Below are positions 62,230 through 64,000 of a stretch of 64,000 bases of DNA, piece after piece. Position numbers and translations under genes: made by a program. This DNA is from Callorhinchus milii (Eukaryota), in contig NW_024704743.1 in NCBI RefSeq assembly GCF_018977255.1, positions 1,984,001 to 2,048,000 on the forward strand, given 5' to 3'. The notes below the pieces were generated by a model. It searched no databases, was not told where the DNA came from, and saw nothing but the letters and a program-made list of their open reading frames with translations. Numbering within the stretch: the stretch's first letter is position 1; each line of letters begins with the position of its first letter.

Positions 62230-64000
62230 GTCTTGAATTTGTTTGAAAAATAGAGATACAATTTAAGGTCAATATAAGGCGTTGTTACATTACAACACAG
62301 ATTCATAATGTTAAAGATCCTCCACCAAAGTAAGTGTGGTGAAAGTCTGGCCAAACTGTAACATTTAAAAAAAATAATATATTTGCTCGTCGGGGATAAA
62401 ACACTACATACAAATGACGAGGCTCATGGATTTAACATTTCATCCCAATCCGCGCGTTCAATTCGTCAATTAGTTTGATGCCTCTTTTATCAAAACAAAA
62501 TTATTTCCGACCAATTTTGTCACTTCAGAGAGAAGAGCTTTGAAAACGGTAACAAACTGGTCCGTTCAGCAACGACCGGCTGTAAACATCCCCTCAAACG
62601 TAGGTTAGTTGTCCAGTAATAGTAATAATATTTGCATTTGATGCCTTATCACGTCTTCAATGTTTCAAAGCGCTTCACAGAATATACTGTAAAGTGATAA
62701 AGTGTTATTTCTGATAAATTAAGAAAAGATTGGACAGGTAAAAAACACAAGGTTCAGTCAAACCATCTGTTTAGTCGTTCAAACGGTCCCTTTTTTTAAA
62801 AAAAAGGTTTCTCTATCGTTTACCGGGTGCAAAAATGTCTTTTTGTTAGTCGATTGGTGGATCGATTTCTGGGGATAATAATTCCTCCCAATTTTTAAAA
62901 AAAATACAATAATAATTAATATTCATTAATAATCCCATGAAAAAAATTATAATTTGGCCACTTAATCCACGACTGTTTGCGGGGACGCTGCTGTGCGCAA
63001 TTGGCTGCCGCGTTTCGCCCACAAAGTATGCAGTCAATTTACTTTACAGTGTATTCTGTGAAGCGCTTTGAGACTTCTCAAAGACGTGATAAGGCGCTGT
63101 ATCAAATGCAAAGATTATTATTATTATTCTCAGTGGTATTGAAAGTTTATTGAATTGAAATGTGTTGATGCTGGCAGATGAAGTATTCGGGCTTTATTTA
63201 AAATTCTACATATTATCATTACTGTTATTATTATATTTATGGTAAATTATCCCGGCTTTGTTTATCCAACAGACAATCCTCAGCTGCGGCTTTGGATACT
63301 TTGGAGGCTCAAGCGCGCTGTAAAAACAGAAACTGCTTTAAATGATACCCACAGAAACCCACTCTGCCTGATGTAGGGGAAGGTATGAAATCATAGTGCC
63401 TTTCATGGTGATGGGCATGAAGGGTATTGCCAGCATTTCTCTCGGGAAGGGTGTCTGTGTGGGTGAAATAGAAAGCGGCTTTTCCTGTCAGATTATCACA
63501 GCGAATCTGGTCCCATTTTTACTCTCTTAACGTTTCAGGTTCAGTTGCTGAAACACAAATTACCGCTGCTAATAATAATAATCCTGGCAGTTTGACACAG
63601 CGCCTGATCACGTCTTCGAGACGTCTCAAAGCGCTTCACGGAACATCCTGTAAAGTGAATTGACTGTATATTTTGTGGGCGAAACGCGGCAGCCGATTGC
63701 GCACAGCAATGTCCCCGCAAACAGCCATGAAGTTGAGTGACTAATTTTATCTGGGGGACTGTTGGACAGAACACCGGAAGAAACTCCACTCTCTCCGTAT
63801 AACATATATTCACATATCTCTCATCCCATGCATTATTTGTGCGTAAATATACAGTCACTACACTTGAAAGGTTTCAGTGTGACGCAGATTCGGATATCTT
63901 GATGTGACCGACGCTATTTCAAACGCAAAGATTACGTCTTAACGTGTAACGCACTAGGATTCAGGAAAGAAATCTGCTCTACTGTTGCCTATGTAATAAC

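Noticed and set aside
63510..63545. CTCTTAACGTTTCAG as a splice acceptor or Penelope fragment
   Set aside because: No open exon or partner donor follows (a SINE starts about 30 nt later); too short to call.

Overview
Eukaryotic (vertebrate) genomic DNA. The repeat content (Deu-domain tRNA-SINEs, SacSINE1-like SINEs, L2/CR1 LINE ends, a Penelope-type terminal repeat) points to a cartilaginous fish, probably a chimaera; this is an inference. The only protein-coding gene I can support is INSIG1 on the + strand: five coding exons at 38955-39285, 43222-43346, 45353-45519, 46619-46718 and 47813-47866 (777 nt, 258 aa), with a clear U12-type (minor spliceosome) intron at 43347-45352. Most of the rest is dozens of SINE copies, LINE fragments and long CA/GT microsatellites, which explain nearly all long ORFs in the track. 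Between them are unique AT-rich blocks that look like developmental enhancers; EN2 is the downstream neighbour of INSIG1 in other vertebrates. Main points of interest: (1) a minimal hammerhead ribozyme fold in a Penelope-like repeat; (2) an INSIG1 C-terminal extension that rebuilds the KxHxx ER-retrieval motif; (3) a sterol-type promoter signature (GC box, two CCAAT boxes, E-box) inside an INSIG1 intron; (4) SINE copies carrying a near-U12 donor motif, one inside the U12 intron; (5) uniform sense orientation of SINEs inside the gene; (6) a young SINE subfamily whose 3' hairpin matches the local L2 LINE tail. I cannot claim a wholly new biological system. Repeat boundaries were set by eye and are approximate.
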